Assembly: GCA_030430325.1 (NCBI GenBank)
Contig: JAUIFR010000001.1
Coordinates: forward strand, 387 to 64,386
DNA length: 64,000 nucleotides
Reading direction: 5' to 3'
Source of the DNA: Bacteroidia bacterium
GTDB lineage: Bacteria > Bacteroidota > Bacteroidia > Cytophagales > Cyclobacteriaceae
The notes beneath the pieces were generated by a model. The model worked only from the letters and a program-made list of their open reading frames with translations. It did not search any database and was not told where the DNA came from. The position numbers were made by a program, and so were the translations under genes. Of this stretch, positions 28,066 to 38,601 are shown in pieces; position 1 is the first letter of the stretch; every line of letters starts with the position of its first letter.

Positions 28066-28296
28066 ATGATTAATTTTATTAAAAGAAATACCACCCTATT
28101 CTTCATCGCCTCCATTACGCTGGGCCTTGCACCATTTAGGCCTGAACCCCACCTTTGGGGAAAGATCAAATGGATTATGGGAGGAGGTGTAAACTTGCAG
28201 CCGATGGATTGGTTTGACTTTGTTTTGCATGCCTCTCCTTGGATATTAATGATAAGCTCCATATTACTAAAGATAAATTTGAAGAGAAGGAGTTAA
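28066..28296 (+). CDS. Small conserved membrane protein
   Basis: The 76-aa ORF has two hydrophobic segments. Confidence 0.45.
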   Translation: MINFIKRNTTLFFIASITLGLAPFRPEPHLWGKIKWIMGGGVNLQPMDWFDFVLHASPWILMISSILLKINLKRRS

Positions 28297-28315
28297 TTAA
28301 TGAACGAGTAGTTTT

Positions 28316-28341
28316 AAATAAATTTTGCACAATTTGTTGAA
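28316..28341. repeat. Copy of the dispersed AT-rich palindromic element
   Basis: The sequence aaataaattttgcacaatttgttgaa lies between convergent genes. Confidence 0.5.
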
Positions 28342-28393
28342 AAATAATAATTTAATTCATGTATTTTACTAAAATCATTGACTTTTATTGCTA

Positions 28394-29647
28394 CTAACCT
28401 CTAACCAGCTCTACTATTGTAATCTCAGGAAGAATGCCAACTCGCCCCGGAAAGCCAATAAACCCAAAGCCCCTATTCACATATAAATATTGCTTACCCT
28501 CTTGATACAGATCGTCCCATTGCTTGTAGATGTATTTGGAAGGGCTCCATTTAAATTGACCTATTTCAACCCCAAACTGAAAACCATGTGTGTGCCCAGC
28601 AAACATCATATCGATATCAGGGTGCTCGATCCTAACTTGTGCATCCCAGTGGCTTGGGTCATGCGAGAGCAGTAACTTTACAGCAGCCTCTTCAGTCCCC
28701 TCACAAGCCTTGTCAAGTTGGCCATATTTGGCGAACCGCCCTTTTCCCCAATTTTCCACTCCTATGATGGCCAATTTCTCATCCTGTTCACCGATGAGCC
28801 GAGATTCATTCATAAGTAAATCCCACCCTAATATTTTATGAGCCTCGAGCATGTCCATCAGGTTTTGTTGCTTGGCTTTTGCGGAAGACCAGCTTTGGTA
28901 GTCACCATAATCGTGATTGCCAAGCGTAGAATATACCCCTAACGGTGCCTTAAGTTTCGAAAAAATAGGAATATAATCCTTTACTTCATCCGTTTTATTA
29001 TTTACTAAATCACCAGTGAAAAATATCAAGTCGGGCTTTTCGTGGAGTAGCATTTCAACACCACCCGCCACTGCTACTTTGTTAAAAAAGCTCCCACTGT
29101 GTATATCTGACAGCTGCGCAATGGTAATACCATCAAAAGCCTTGGGCAAATGTGGTAATTTTATGCGCCGTTTGCGTATACGGTAATCATATGCGCCTGC
29201 AATAATGCCATAACTCAACGATACTAACGGTAACGCAGACATAATCAGCCCGCTTTTGGCCAAAAAAGCCGATCGGCTGATCCGCTTCGACTCAGGCGTG
29301 ACAACTGCTATTTGATTCTTTTTAAGCAATCTTTTGATATACAAAAAAAGCCGGCGTACATCATCAATGACTAAAAAAGGAAATACGAACAATTTTGCTA
29401 CAAAATTGGCAAACATGACAAAAGCAGACCCAATTTGGAGAAATCTGCCAAAATGTCCGAAATCTACACTTCTAGTAAGGACCAAAAGCCCTAAACTAAG
29501 GATAGGAACACCCCAGTAAAACCCTATAGCTACCTTCTTGAGCCTACCTTTGGTTTTTCTTAAAACCACCCTCAAAGCCTGGTATACATATATTTCTACT
29601 ATTACAAACCCCGCTAAAATCAACAGCAAAAGATATTCTCTACTCAT
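28394..29647 (-). CDS. Membrane-anchored metallophosphoesterase
   Basis: It has N-terminal TM helices and calcineurin-like motifs: DIHSG, GDLVN, GNHD, GHTH. Confidence 0.8.
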   Translation of the reverse strand: MSREYLLLLILAGFVIVEIYVYQALRVVLRKTKGRLKKVAIGFYWGVPILSLGLLVLTRSVDFGHFGRFLQIGSAFVMFANFVAKLFVFPFLVIDDVRRLFLYIKRLLKKNQIAVVTPESKRISRSAFLAKSGLIMSALPLVSLSYGIIAGAYDYRIRKRRIKLPHLPKAFDGITIAQLSDIHSGSFFNKVAVAGGVEMLLHEKPDLIFFTGDLVNNKTDEVKDYIPIFSKLKAPLGVYSTLGNHDYGDYQSWSSAKAKQQNLMDMLEAHKILGWDLLMNESRLIGEQDEKLAIIGVENWGKGRFAKYGQLDKACEGTEEAAVKLLLSHDPSHWDAQVRIEHPDIDMMFAGHTHGFQFGVEIGQFKWSPSKYIYKQWDDLYQEGKQYLYVNRGFGFIGFPGRVGILPEITIVELVRG

Positions 29648-29753
29648 ACTTTAAATAAAACAAAGACTGCACCAAACTAATATCGAACACATAAAAATGT
29701 TTTAACAAATGATAAAGCAACTCTACTTTGCTTCGATTTATTTATAATAATTC

Positions 29754-29870
29754 CAATATATAATTACACATAAAATACATTATTTAATTTAGAAAAAATG
29801 ATCATTTTTATTTATTTTTCAATTAATTATGTATATCTCTGACTATGATTAGTTGTGTAATTAATTATTA
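29754..29870. mobile_element. MITE-like ~117-bp element of the same family as the 20.3-21.1 kb relic
   Basis: The arms are ..taattacaca (29761-29770) and tgtgtaattaattatta (29854-29870). The right arm is identical over 17 nt to 21034-21050 and overlaps the histidine kinase stop codon. Confidence 0.5.
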
Positions 29871-31439
29871 TAACAAAGGAAGCCTTATCTCAAAAACTGT
29901 ATCATTATGCGAAGGATTTCTAATAATTGATATTTCACCCTTTAACCTTAATAATGCATGCTTTACAATATACAACCCAAGCCCTGAGCCTGATCCTTTC
30001 GAGGTATCGGTCGCCCGGCTGAAGAGTTCATAAATATGCTGCTCCATCTCTTTTGATATGCCTTGACCGTTATCGCAAATCAGTAATACAAGCTGGTTTG
30101 CATTGTTCTCATAAGACTCAATTCGCACAAAATGGGGGTGCTCACCATCTAAATACCTGAAGTTTATCGCATTTTTTATAAGCTCTCTTAATATTATATC
30201 CGTTAACTCTGCTTCAAGCTTTGCCTCATAAGATTTAGGTATTTTGAGCTTGAAGTTTACCTCTTGCTTAAACTTTGAAAACTGAACATCAATCATGCTT
30301 TGAACAAGTTGATGCAGGTTGACACTCTTGAAATCTAACCGCTTAGTCTTAATTAAATATACGGAGTTTATACTATTGATAATATTAGTAAGCTTATCGA
30401 CGGTCTCCTGGAATTTATCAATAAAGGCACTGGCTTGGTCATTGGCAAATTCTATACGCGCTAAGTAACAAAGTCCTTTAAGGGTGGCAATCGGGCCCAA
30501 AATATCATGGGAGGATTGGTATAAAAATTGATTGAGCTCCTTACTTGCTAATTCGAGCTCGGATGTGCGAAGCTTGACTTTCTTGTCTAATGCTACATTG
30601 GCATCTTTGAGTTTTTCGTTCTGATCCTCAATTACTTGCTTGGCATCTTTAAGTTTTTCGTTGTTTTTTCTAATAAGGTATGTTCTAATTTCAATTTTTC
30701 TATTTTGCTTTATGATCTCATCGTTTTGCTCGATCAGCAGCTCCCTTATAATCTCTTCCTTTTTGAGCATGCTGTTGAGGAAAATATAGAGTAAAGCCAT
30801 CACTACTCCAAATAATAAAATTGATATTCCGAGGTTTAGAACCAGCTCTTTACGCGCGTTTCTAATAAATAATCCTGATTCTTCATCTACGTTTATTAGT
30901 GCTACTGTTTTACCAGAGCTATTCTTTAGTGGTGCAAAAGCAGTTAGCCAAGTACCATTTTCGGTTTTATAAATGCCAATTTTGGCGCCTTCATTGTACT
31001 TTTCGATCAGGTCCGGGGGATATTCTTTGTAAGAATGCCTAAAATATGGTTTTTCGGCTGATGTAACGATGAATTTAAAATCATTATCAATACTATCATA
31101 AACCAAGGTATAGATTGGCGTATTAAGATGGTTAAAAGTTTGGACAGATTTTAATGTATTATGAATTTCCTCATACAGCTCATTTTCGCCTGAGCTCATA
31201 ATATCATCTTTATTCTTAAGAGAGTTAGAAAGCCATTCATGTTGATCCGCATCAATAACCAATGAAGTTGTTCTAGCTATGGCCTCCAATTTATCTAATG
31301 TTTGCTCTTTGGCCTTGCGAATGTGTGTCAGATAAATTTCCACTACAAAATAGAGTGTAAGCACAAATACCGTACCAGTTACGGCAAATATTATTTTGCT
31401 ACCTGTATTTCTAAATGAATATATATCAAATTTATACAT
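29868..31439 (-). CDS. Sensor histidine kinase
   Basis: It has two TM segments flanking an extracytoplasmic domain, a coiled coil, a HisKA-like H box (SSHDILGP) and HATPase_c (GSGLGLYI). Confidence 0.8.
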   Translation of the reverse strand: MYKFDIYSFRNTGSKIIFAVTGTVFVLTLYFVVEIYLTHIRKAKEQTLDKLEAIARTTSLVIDADQHEWLSNSLKNKDDIMSSGENELYEEIHNTLKSVQTFNHLNTPIYTLVYDSIDNDFKFIVTSAEKPYFRHSYKEYPPDLIEKYNEGAKIGIYKTENGTWLTAFAPLKNSSGKTVALINVDEESGLFIRNARKELVLNLGISILLFGVVMALLYIFLNSMLKKEEIIRELLIEQNDEIIKQNRKIEIRTYLIRKNNEKLKDAKQVIEDQNEKLKDANVALDKKVKLRTSELELASKELNQFLYQSSHDILGPIATLKGLCYLARIEFANDQASAFIDKFQETVDKLTNIINSINSVYLIKTKRLDFKSVNLHQLVQSMIDVQFSKFKQEVNFKLKIPKSYEAKLEAELTDIILRELIKNAINFRYLDGEHPHFVRIESYENNANQLVLLICDNGQGISKEMEQHIYELFSRATDTSKGSGSGLGLYIVKHALLRLKGEISIIRNPSHNDTVFEIRLPLL

Positions 31440-31460
31440 ATTCGAATGTAAACTTTATAT

Positions 31461-32975
31461 TTATGTTTGTTTGTTCGTTTTGAACCTCTCCTCAGTGTTA
31501 TTTTCTAACTTCAATACTCCACGTGGGCACACTGAAGCACACACCCCACAGCCAACGCAAGAGGCACGTACTATATTTTCTCCTTTTTGGGCATACATTC
31601 GCACATCTATTCCCATCTCACAATAGGTAGAGCAATTCCCGCATGAAATGCATTGGCCACCATTGGTAGTAATACGAAATCGAGATTTAAAACGCTGAAT
31701 AATACCTAATATTGCTGCTAGCGGACACCCAAACCTACACCAAACGCGATTCCCCATTAATGGGTAAAAACCCGTACCCACTACTCCAGAAAATGCTGCC
31801 CCAATAAAAAACCCATACCATTTTTGTAATGAAGCTGAATAATTTTTAACAAATGCATGTTCATTAAAGTATGAAACTAATGCAAATGCGGTCACTACTA
31901 CAGCAAATACAAGTACTCCATTTATTAACCAGCGCTCAATTTTCCAAGCTTTTAGAGATTTGTTAGATAATTGCCTAAAAGGATCTCCTGCCGTTTCAGC
32001 TAAGCCCCCACACCCACAAACCCAAGAGCAGTACCACCTTTTGCCATAAAAATAGGTAAATATTGGAATGGCGACTATGATTAATGCCAACCCCCAGACC
32101 AAAATAAATATGCCCATAAAACCGCTGCTGCGAAGTTGATTTAAGTTCCAAGCATAAAAGAAATCATAATCAAGAGGCCAAATGTTTTTAAAATCATACC
32201 ATGGTTGATTAAATGATGCCAAAATTTCTGGTAACAAAAACGCAAAAATAAGCTGAAAAAACATAACTGAACTTGTACGTAGTTGCTGATACCTGTTTCC
32301 TTTATATTTTAATTGCATACGCAGGCCCATTACAAGCACAGCTATCGTATAGAAAAAGCCATACATAAACCACTGGCTAGCTGGCTGCCCACTGAAAAAC
32401 TTGCTGATTGGGTTTAGCAGTACAATCCAGCTCGCTAAGTACACTGGCTGCCAATACAGCGCCATATAAAATAAAATCAAAAAACTACCCAAGATTACTC
32501 CTAACCAACCTCCTCTACTAATACTCTTTTGAAAGATTTTATCGTGGTGAATGCCTGCCATTTTACTTCCAAAAGTGCTGAAAACAAATAGCAGCGCACC
32601 AAGCATCATAACCCCTAAAGAGAAAAGTATGCATAGCCACGGATATTGAACAATTGGACCTTGATAAGCCTGTAAAATCAAGGGCAAGCTATAGTCGGTC
32701 CAAATAACCTGATCCCACTGTTCTTGCTGCTTAAAGTTTTCATTGAGTTGATCTATGTGTGCTTTGTACTCACCAGCCAATTGCGCTGGAAACTTATATG
32801 TTTTCTGATATAATTTACTGATTTTACTGTCAATAAGCTCCTGATTGGCCTGATCTTTAATCACGGATGCAACATGAGCGGGTTTTAATTGATACGTACC
32901 CACAAAAAACAACAAAAGAAATAATCCAAAACCAATCCAAACTAAACTTAATGCTATATTTTTATAATTATGCAT
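31461..32975 (-). CDS. Polytopic 4Fe-4S ferredoxin-type membrane protein (NapH/MauN-like)
   Basis: It has many TM helices and the C-terminal clusters CxxCxxCxxxC and CVGCGVCASVCP. Confidence 0.7.
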   Translation of the reverse strand: MHNYKNIALSLVWIGFGLFLLLFFVGTYQLKPAHVASVIKDQANQELIDSKISKLYQKTYKFPAQLAGEYKAHIDQLNENFKQQEQWDQVIWTDYSLPLILQAYQGPIVQYPWLCILFSLGVMMLGALLFVFSTFGSKMAGIHHDKIFQKSISRGGWLGVILGSFLILFYMALYWQPVYLASWIVLLNPISKFFSGQPASQWFMYGFFYTIAVLVMGLRMQLKYKGNRYQQLRTSSVMFFQLIFAFLLPEILASFNQPWYDFKNIWPLDYDFFYAWNLNQLRSSGFMGIFILVWGLALIIVAIPIFTYFYGKRWYCSWVCGCGGLAETAGDPFRQLSNKSLKAWKIERWLINGVLVFAVVVTAFALVSYFNEHAFVKNYSASLQKWYGFFIGAAFSGVVGTGFYPLMGNRVWCRFGCPLAAILGIIQRFKSRFRITTNGGQCISCGNCSTYCEMGIDVRMYAQKGENIVRASCVGCGVCASVCPRGVLKLENNTEERFKTNKQT

Positions 32976-32977
32976 AA

Positions 32978-34258
32978 CTAATTAGTTAAGGCCACTTTTT
33001 TATTTAATTGATTCATTAAATTGGGCTTTAGTGCAGGATAAAATTCTGGATCAAATTGGATCACATCGAATTGCAGGATGCCTTCATTAATAGACACACC
33101 ACCTTTAATCCAACGCTCGGCCACTTCATGCCTAAGCCGTACACCAATAGCATTAAAGCCTAAAATCTTATGATTTTGATCAAAAACAACTCGAATGGCC
33201 TTATTTCCCTTGTCATTTTCCCAATAAAGGCTCTGTTCTTCATTCACATCACTATTTACCACACCGTATGTTTGATATTCTAAATGAAAAAATTTGGCCG
33301 AATTAAACCAAACACCAGGATTATATGCCTTTTTTCTACCACAAATAGTGTGGGCCACCGTCTCCCCCATCATTCTGGCAGTATACCAAACAGCCTCAAT
33401 AGATTTTCTGTTTTCTGGCGGTTGCGCCATCTCAGCACAGTCACCGATGGCGTACACATCTTCAATATTGGTTTCTAAATATTCGTTTACCAAAATTCCT
33501 CGATTCATTTGCACTGCCGACCCATCCAAAAACCCAATATTTGGTGTTACCCCAATAGTTATACCTAAAAACTCACAAGGAATTTCGTTTCCATTTGCTA
33601 AAATACCTTTTATCCTTTGCTTTTCGTCCTTATTTACTTCTTCTAACGTGGTATTTCTGTGTAATTGTATGCCGTTTCTTTCAATATGACGTGAGACAAG
33701 CTCGGATTCTGCTGCAGGCAACACATTCTTCCAAAAACTCTGCTCTCGAATCAAAAAGTCGACACCGATACCTCTGCTGTGAAGCATTTCAGCAAGCTCA
33801 ATACCGATTAGCCCACCGCCCACAACAGCGGCCCGTGTGATTTTTTTGGTATCTTGTTCTATCTTATCCAGGTCTTGGAGAAAATATAAGCTCCGTACGC
33901 CTTCAGCATCTATCCCCGGGCAATTATATGGGCGAGGTTTAGAGCCCGTTGCCAAAATAAGGACATCATAATGTAAGGCCCCTCCACTTAAAAGTTGTAA
34001 TTTTTTATCCTGAAAATCCGTTGCTTGCACATAATCATATACTAGATTGATGCGATTTTTCTTCCAAAACCAATCTTCATATGGTTTGGTATCTTTAAAC
34101 CGCATATGGCCCATATAAATATACATCAGCGCTGTGCGTGAATAAAAATAGTGTGACTCTGCCGATACTATAGTTATATCACATTCACTTAGCTTTCGAA
34201 TATGCCGAGCTGCAGTAATTCCTGCAACACCATTTCCTATAATGACTACTTTTTTCAT
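32978..34258 (-). CDS. NAD(P)/FAD-dependent pyridine nucleotide-disulfide oxidoreductase
   Basis: GNGVAG and VVGGGLIGIE are dinucleotide-binding motifs. It is tightly coupled to the 4Fe-4S gene. Confidence 0.8.
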   Translation of the reverse strand: MKKVVIIGNGVAGITAARHIRKLSECDITIVSAESHYFYSRTALMYIYMGHMRFKDTKPYEDWFWKKNRINLVYDYVQATDFQDKKLQLLSGGALHYDVLILATGSKPRPYNCPGIDAEGVRSLYFLQDLDKIEQDTKKITRAAVVGGGLIGIELAEMLHSRGIGVDFLIREQSFWKNVLPAAESELVSRHIERNGIQLHRNTTLEEVNKDEKQRIKGILANGNEIPCEFLGITIGVTPNIGFLDGSAVQMNRGILVNEYLETNIEDVYAIGDCAEMAQPPENRKSIEAVWYTARMMGETVAHTICGRKKAYNPGVWFNSAKFFHLEYQTYGVVNSDVNEEQSLYWENDKGNKAIRVVFDQNHKILGFNAIGVRLRHEVAERWIKGGVSINEGILQFDVIQFDPEFYPALKPNLMNQLNKKVALTN

Positions 34259-34326
34259 TGGACCTACCCAAGATAGGTATTTTTTTAAAAACTTAAATTT
34301 TATTAAAAATTACTTGAAAGGAAAAA

Positions 34327-34354
34327 TTGAATGAAATTTGCAAATTTCATTCAA
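34327..34354. repeat. Perfect 28-nt palindrome, the archetype of the dispersed element
   Basis: The sequence ttgaatgaaatttgcaaatttcattcaa equals its own reverse complement. Confidence 0.8.
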
Positions 34355-34367
34355 TAACGATTAGATT

Positions 34368-34394
34368 TTCAATGTATTTTGCTAATTTTGTTGA
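34368..34394. repeat. Copy of the dispersed AT-rich palindromic element
   Basis: The sequence is ttcaatgtattttgctaattttgttga. Confidence 0.6.
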
Positions 34395-34562
34395 TATTGC
34401 ATTATTATACCATTTTTTTATTAAATATGAAATAAACTGTACACCTCCCAGCATTTATTTACATGTTCTTATAATAATCAAAAAACGAAAAGATATTTTT
34501 TGATGATTGCCTTTTATGTCAATCAATCTAAAATCTTTTCATGATGAATCCTTACTGGATAT

Positions 34563-34593
34563 GGTACAGGCAAAAAGTGCTTGTACCTTTTTT
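34563..34593 (+). terminator. Plus-strand terminator-like hairpin in an ORF-free region
   Basis: The sequence is ggtacaggcaaaaagtgcttgtacc followed by tttttt. Confidence 0.5.
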
Positions 34594-34600
34594 AACAAAT

Positions 34601-34629
34601 AAAAAAGGTCAGCTCAACCAGAGCTAACC
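34601..34629 (-). terminator. Minus-strand terminator-like hairpin, back to back with the previous one
   Basis: The sequence is aaaaaa followed by ggtcagctcaaccagagctaacc. Confidence 0.5.
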
Positions 34630-34922
34630 CTTATGAAAAAAGAACACCAAACTAAAATTAATTCTTAAATTATCTTATTTAAAATGCGTCAACAAGCCAA
34701 AAAACTAATCACAAACTGCTTATTGACGCAATAGACAAAAAACAAATTACTATTTGTATACTTTCACTTTTTTATATATGAAAATAAATTATTCGTCCAA
34801 TCGTAAACAAGGAACTTTTAAAAAAAATAGTTTCACCTGATTATGTGACAGATAAGAAAAAAACAAATTTAATGTGTTAATACATTATGTCTCTAACCAA
34901 AATTTCAATGGAATTATCGTTT

Positions 34923-34950
34923 TTCAATGAATTTTGCCTAATTTGATCAA
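34923..34950. repeat. Copy of the dispersed AT-rich palindromic element
   Basis: The sequence ttcaatgaattttgcctaatttgatcaa lies 9 nt downstream of the sulfotransferase stop. Confidence 0.6.
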
Positions 34951-34958
34951 TATAGGGT

Positions 34959-35798
34959 CTAAAACCAATCTACAGGCCAGTCAACTTCCATCTGTAGAGC
35001 TTCATTATAAGGTTTGAAGTACTGATTTAGCCATTTTCTGTAGTTATCATGCATAGGTTTATAATTTCCTGGATTAACTGATCCTAATTCTTTAAAATCA
35101 AATTCATCAATTTGTAAAAATGCACCAATTTTATCGAGCTCTTTTTGTGGGTTTTCGAAAAATGCTTCACTCTTAAGTATTAAAAATTGGTTTTGTTGAA
35201 AGTACCTTTGCCAATTTTTGAGTTGTGAGGCATATTCTCCACGTTTCAGATATGTGTAACGCTGGTGGGCATAGCTATGATAAAAAGGCTCTGCCATGAT
35301 TCGTTCCTTTTCTCCTAAAATTCTAACTTGCTCAAGCTGGCATGCCGCTTTAAAATCTTCGGATGGTTCAAGTTTTTTTCTACGCAGCATTTGATAGTGG
35401 GCATAGGCTCGATCCGTAGGATTTCTTAAGAGTACAATTAATTTAATATCGGGTAAAAGCTTATGCACTCGACTCGGAGCAAGCGGATGAAATAAATAAT
35501 ATGGTGTTGCTTCTCCAATAACATACTTTTTATCCGACCTCCAGGCGAAATGAGACTTATACCATGCTGTAGAATTTTGATAATTTTGATCAAAATAATG
35601 AACCTCCTTTTTTTGAGACATTCTAATTTGTGGATGTTGGTTAAGATAATACCACAGCGAAGTCGTCCCGGCCTTTTGAGCACCAATAATCAAAAATGTA
35701 GGCAAGGACCGAAAGTGGCCTGTATAGCTGCGAAATGGTTTGTAAATATATTTACCCCAAAGATGATTGCAGGTTTTGGTAAGACCTGTAAAAGCCAT
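34959..35798 (-). CDS. Sulfotransferase family protein
   Basis: The PAPS-binding 5'-PSB motif is IIGAQKAGTTSL, and the 3'-PB-like motif is LLRNPTDRAYAHY. Confidence 0.8.
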   Translation of the reverse strand: MAFTGLTKTCNHLWGKYIYKPFRSYTGHFRSLPTFLIIGAQKAGTTSLWYYLNQHPQIRMSQKKEVHYFDQNYQNSTAWYKSHFAWRSDKKYVIGEATPYYLFHPLAPSRVHKLLPDIKLIVLLRNPTDRAYAHYQMLRRKKLEPSEDFKAACQLEQVRILGEKERIMAEPFYHSYAHQRYTYLKRGEYASQLKNWQRYFQQNQFLILKSEAFFENPQKELDKIGAFLQIDEFDFKELGSVNPGNYKPMHDNYRKWLNQYFKPYNEALQMEVDWPVDWF

Positions 35799-35862
35799 AA
35801 ATTAGGAAATTTGATATTAATTTTACTAAATTCAAGGCATATATAATTAAAATTACATTTCA

Positions 35863-38037
35863 ATGAAAGCATTGCACTTGGTCATAATAATAGGTGCTAT
35901 TATTTTAAGCTCCTGTGGGTCTAGCAAAAAGGAGGTAACAAAACCAACTAAATTACCATACCCACCCACCCAAATGACAGACCATAAGGATACCTACTTT
36001 GATACAACCATAGTAGACCCCTATCACTGGCTTGAGGATGACAACGCTCCCGAGACGGGTCAATGGGTTGATGCACAAAACAAAGTAACATTCGATTATT
36101 TAAAAAACATCCCATTCAGAGATAAATTCCGTACTCGGCTTGCCGAATTGTTTAATTACGATGCGTTCGCTAGCCCAATAAGTTGGGATGACACATACAT
36201 CATGCCTCAGCAGATTGGCCCCAATAAAAATTATATCTATTTCAAGAAAAGCGGATTGGAAAATCAGGCTAAACTTTATTTACAGGATACTGCAGGTAAT
36301 GAGCAAGTACTTATCGATCAAAATAATTTTTCAAATACAGGTAGTGATGCTATAAGTGGTTTGTTTCCTTCACCAGACGGTAAATTTTTAGCTTATAAAC
36401 TATCTCGCTCCGGGTCTGACTGGAATAATGTATTTGTTTTTGACGTCGAGCAGCGAAAAGTGCTATCCGATACTATTCAGGGAGTTAAATTTAGTCGAGT
36501 TGCTTGGCACAACAATGGTTTTTTCTACAGCAGATATCCATTATTAGAAAAAAGCGATGCTTTAACAGGAGTTAACAAAAACAATGCTGTGTATTATCAC
36601 GTACTTGGCACAAACCAGTCTGAGGACAAACTAATTTATGAACGAAAAGATCAACCTGATTGGGCATTTGATGCCGTAGTCTCCGCAGATAAAAAGCATT
36701 TAATCCTTTTAACCAAACAAAGCACATACGGGCATCAAATTTTAGTAAAATCTTTGGATGAAGAAGGTTCCAACTTTGTAGCATTAAACAAAGATTTTAA
36801 AAATGAATATGCATTAGTATATGCTGATGGGGGTAAAGTTTGGGCGCATACCGATCACAATGCCCCAAATTTTAAGCTAGCTGTTTGTAGTTTTAGTTCA
36901 CAAAACTGGGCAGATGTGATACCTGAATCCGAACATAAACTTGAGCAAGTAAAATTTGGTGGAGGAAAATTTTTTGCTAATTATTTGGTGCAAGCCAAGA
37001 GTGAAATTAAGCAATATAACTTAAATGGAAAACTTGAACGAAATATTGAACTACCTGGAATAGGTGAAGTGCGCGGCTTTAATGGTCCAAAAGATACACA
37101 GGAGGTGTTTTACTCGTTTAATTCATTGATTACACCAGGTACAGTTTACAAATATGATATCAACTCGGGGCGGTCAGACGTCTATTTTAAACCAAAACTA
37201 AATTTCGAGCCCGATGACTTTATTATGAAACAGGTGTTTTATAAAAGTTTTGATGGCACTCCTGTATCCATGTTTATTTTACACAAAAAGGGTATCACAA
37301 TGAATGGCAAAATCCCAACATTTCTTTATGGTTATGGTGGATTTAGTATAAGTTTAACACCGAGGTTTAGTCCAAGATGGATTGCCTGGGCAGACCAAGG
37401 GGGCATTTTTGCTATGCCCAACCTTAGAGGTGGTGGTGAGTATGGAGCAAAGTGGCATCAGTCAGGCACAAAGCTCAACAAAAAGAACGTATTCAAAGAT
37501 TTTATTGCTGCCGGTGAATACCTCATCAAGCAAAACTATACTTCCAAGGAATATTTAGCCATTCATGGTAGGTCCAATGGTGGTCTATTAGTAGGAGCCA
37601 CAATGACCTTGAAACCCGATTTTTGCCAAGTTGCTATCCCCACTGTTGGTGTAATGGATATGCTTCGTTTTCAGGAATTTACAATTGGAAGATACTGGGC
37701 AGCAGACTATGGTGCCTCAGATGAGTCGAAAGAGATGTTCGAATATTTGCTTTCATATTCCCCAATCCATTCAATCAAGAACGTCCATTACCCTGCCACC
37801 TTAGTTACAACAGCTGACCATGACGACCGAGTTGTGCCGGCACATTCGTTTAAATTTATAGCTACACTTCAAGAAAAAAATACCAGCACTAACCCTACTT
37901 TAATTAGAATTGACAAAGAGGCCGGGCATGGTGCTGGATATGCTACTGATAAATATATAGATATTTATACAGATATTTATAGTTTCTGTTGGGCAAATAT
38001 GAATTATACACCACCAGTATATGAATCTAACAATTAG
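35863..38037 (+). CDS. Prolyl oligopeptidase (S9A), lipoprotein, with composition typical of the core
   Basis: It has the lipobox LSSC, DPYHWLED, GRSNGGLL (Ser), DHDDRV (Asp) and AGHG (His). Confidence 0.9.
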   Translation: MKALHLVIIIGAIILSSCGSSKKEVTKPTKLPYPPTQMTDHKDTYFDTTIVDPYHWLEDDNAPETGQWVDAQNKVTFDYLKNIPFRDKFRTRLAELFNYDAFASPISWDDTYIMPQQIGPNKNYIYFKKSGLENQAKLYLQDTAGNEQVLIDQNNFSNTGSDAISGLFPSPDGKFLAYKLSRSGSDWNNVFVFDVEQRKVLSDTIQGVKFSRVAWHNNGFFYSRYPLLEKSDALTGVNKNNAVYYHVLGTNQSEDKLIYERKDQPDWAFDAVVSADKKHLILLTKQSTYGHQILVKSLDEEGSNFVALNKDFKNEYALVYADGGKVWAHTDHNAPNFKLAVCSFSSQNWADVIPESEHKLEQVKFGGGKFFANYLVQAKSEIKQYNLNGKLERNIELPGIGEVRGFNGPKDTQEVFYSFNSLITPGTVYKYDINSGRSDVYFKPKLNFEPDDFIMKQVFYKSFDGTPVSMFILHKKGITMNGKIPTFLYGYGGFSISLTPRFSPRWIAWADQGGIFAMPNLRGGGEYGAKWHQSGTKLNKKNVFKDFIAAGEYLIKQNYTSKEYLAIHGRSNGGLLVGATMTLKPDFCQVAIPTVGVMDMLRFQEFTIGRYWAADYGASDESKEMFEYLLSYSPIHSIKNVHYPATLVTTADHDDRVVPAHSFKFIATLQEKNTSTNPTLIRIDKEAGHGAGYATDKYIDIYTDIYSFCWANMNYTPPVYESNN

Positions 38038-38488
38038 AGCAGGGCGCAAAGGAGATCTCTCTGAGGTATACAAGTTAATTGAAGAGCTTGCCATTTATGA
38101 AAAATCTGAAAATGAGCTGATTAACACCATTGAAAATATGGAGCAAGATGGCTTCGGACCAAACCCAGCATATGAATTAATTGTTGCCGAGGTTGACAAA
38201 AAGCTAGTCGGGTTAGCCCTTTATTATTATATTTATAGTACTTGGAAGGGGCGCTCACTTTATCTTGAAGACCTCATTGTCACTCAAAAATACCGTAAGC
38301 AAGGCATTGGAAAGCTCCTTTTTAACAAAGTAGTTGAAAAGGCAAAGCAAATGAAGGTGGGCCGTTTCTCATGGCAAGTTTTGGATTGGAATAGACCAGC
38401 CATTGAATTTTATAAAAATTATCCTACTGCATTTGATGAAGGCTGGATAAATTGTACCATTACAAAAAAAGACCTCGAAAAGCTTTAA
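38021..38488 (+). CDS. GNAT N-acetyltransferase (diamine/SSAT-like)
   Basis: The acetyl-CoA motif QKYRKQGIGKLLF is present. It overlaps the POP 3' end by 17 nt. Confidence 0.75.
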   Translation: MNLTIRAGRKGDLSEVYKLIEELAIYEKSENELINTIENMEQDGFGPNPAYELIVAEVDKKLVGLALYYYIYSTWKGRSLYLEDLIVTQKYRKQGIGKLLFNKVVEKAKQMKVGRFSWQVLDWNRPAIEFYKNYPTAFDEGWINCTITKKDLEKL

Positions 38489-38601
38489 ATGTCTCGTTGA
38501 ATTAGTACCAAATATTTGCTTTCTTTGTGTAAGAATTTTGTCCAATTTTAAGATAATCTTCTTAATTTGAATGTAAGACAACGCAATAAACGGTATATTT
38601 T

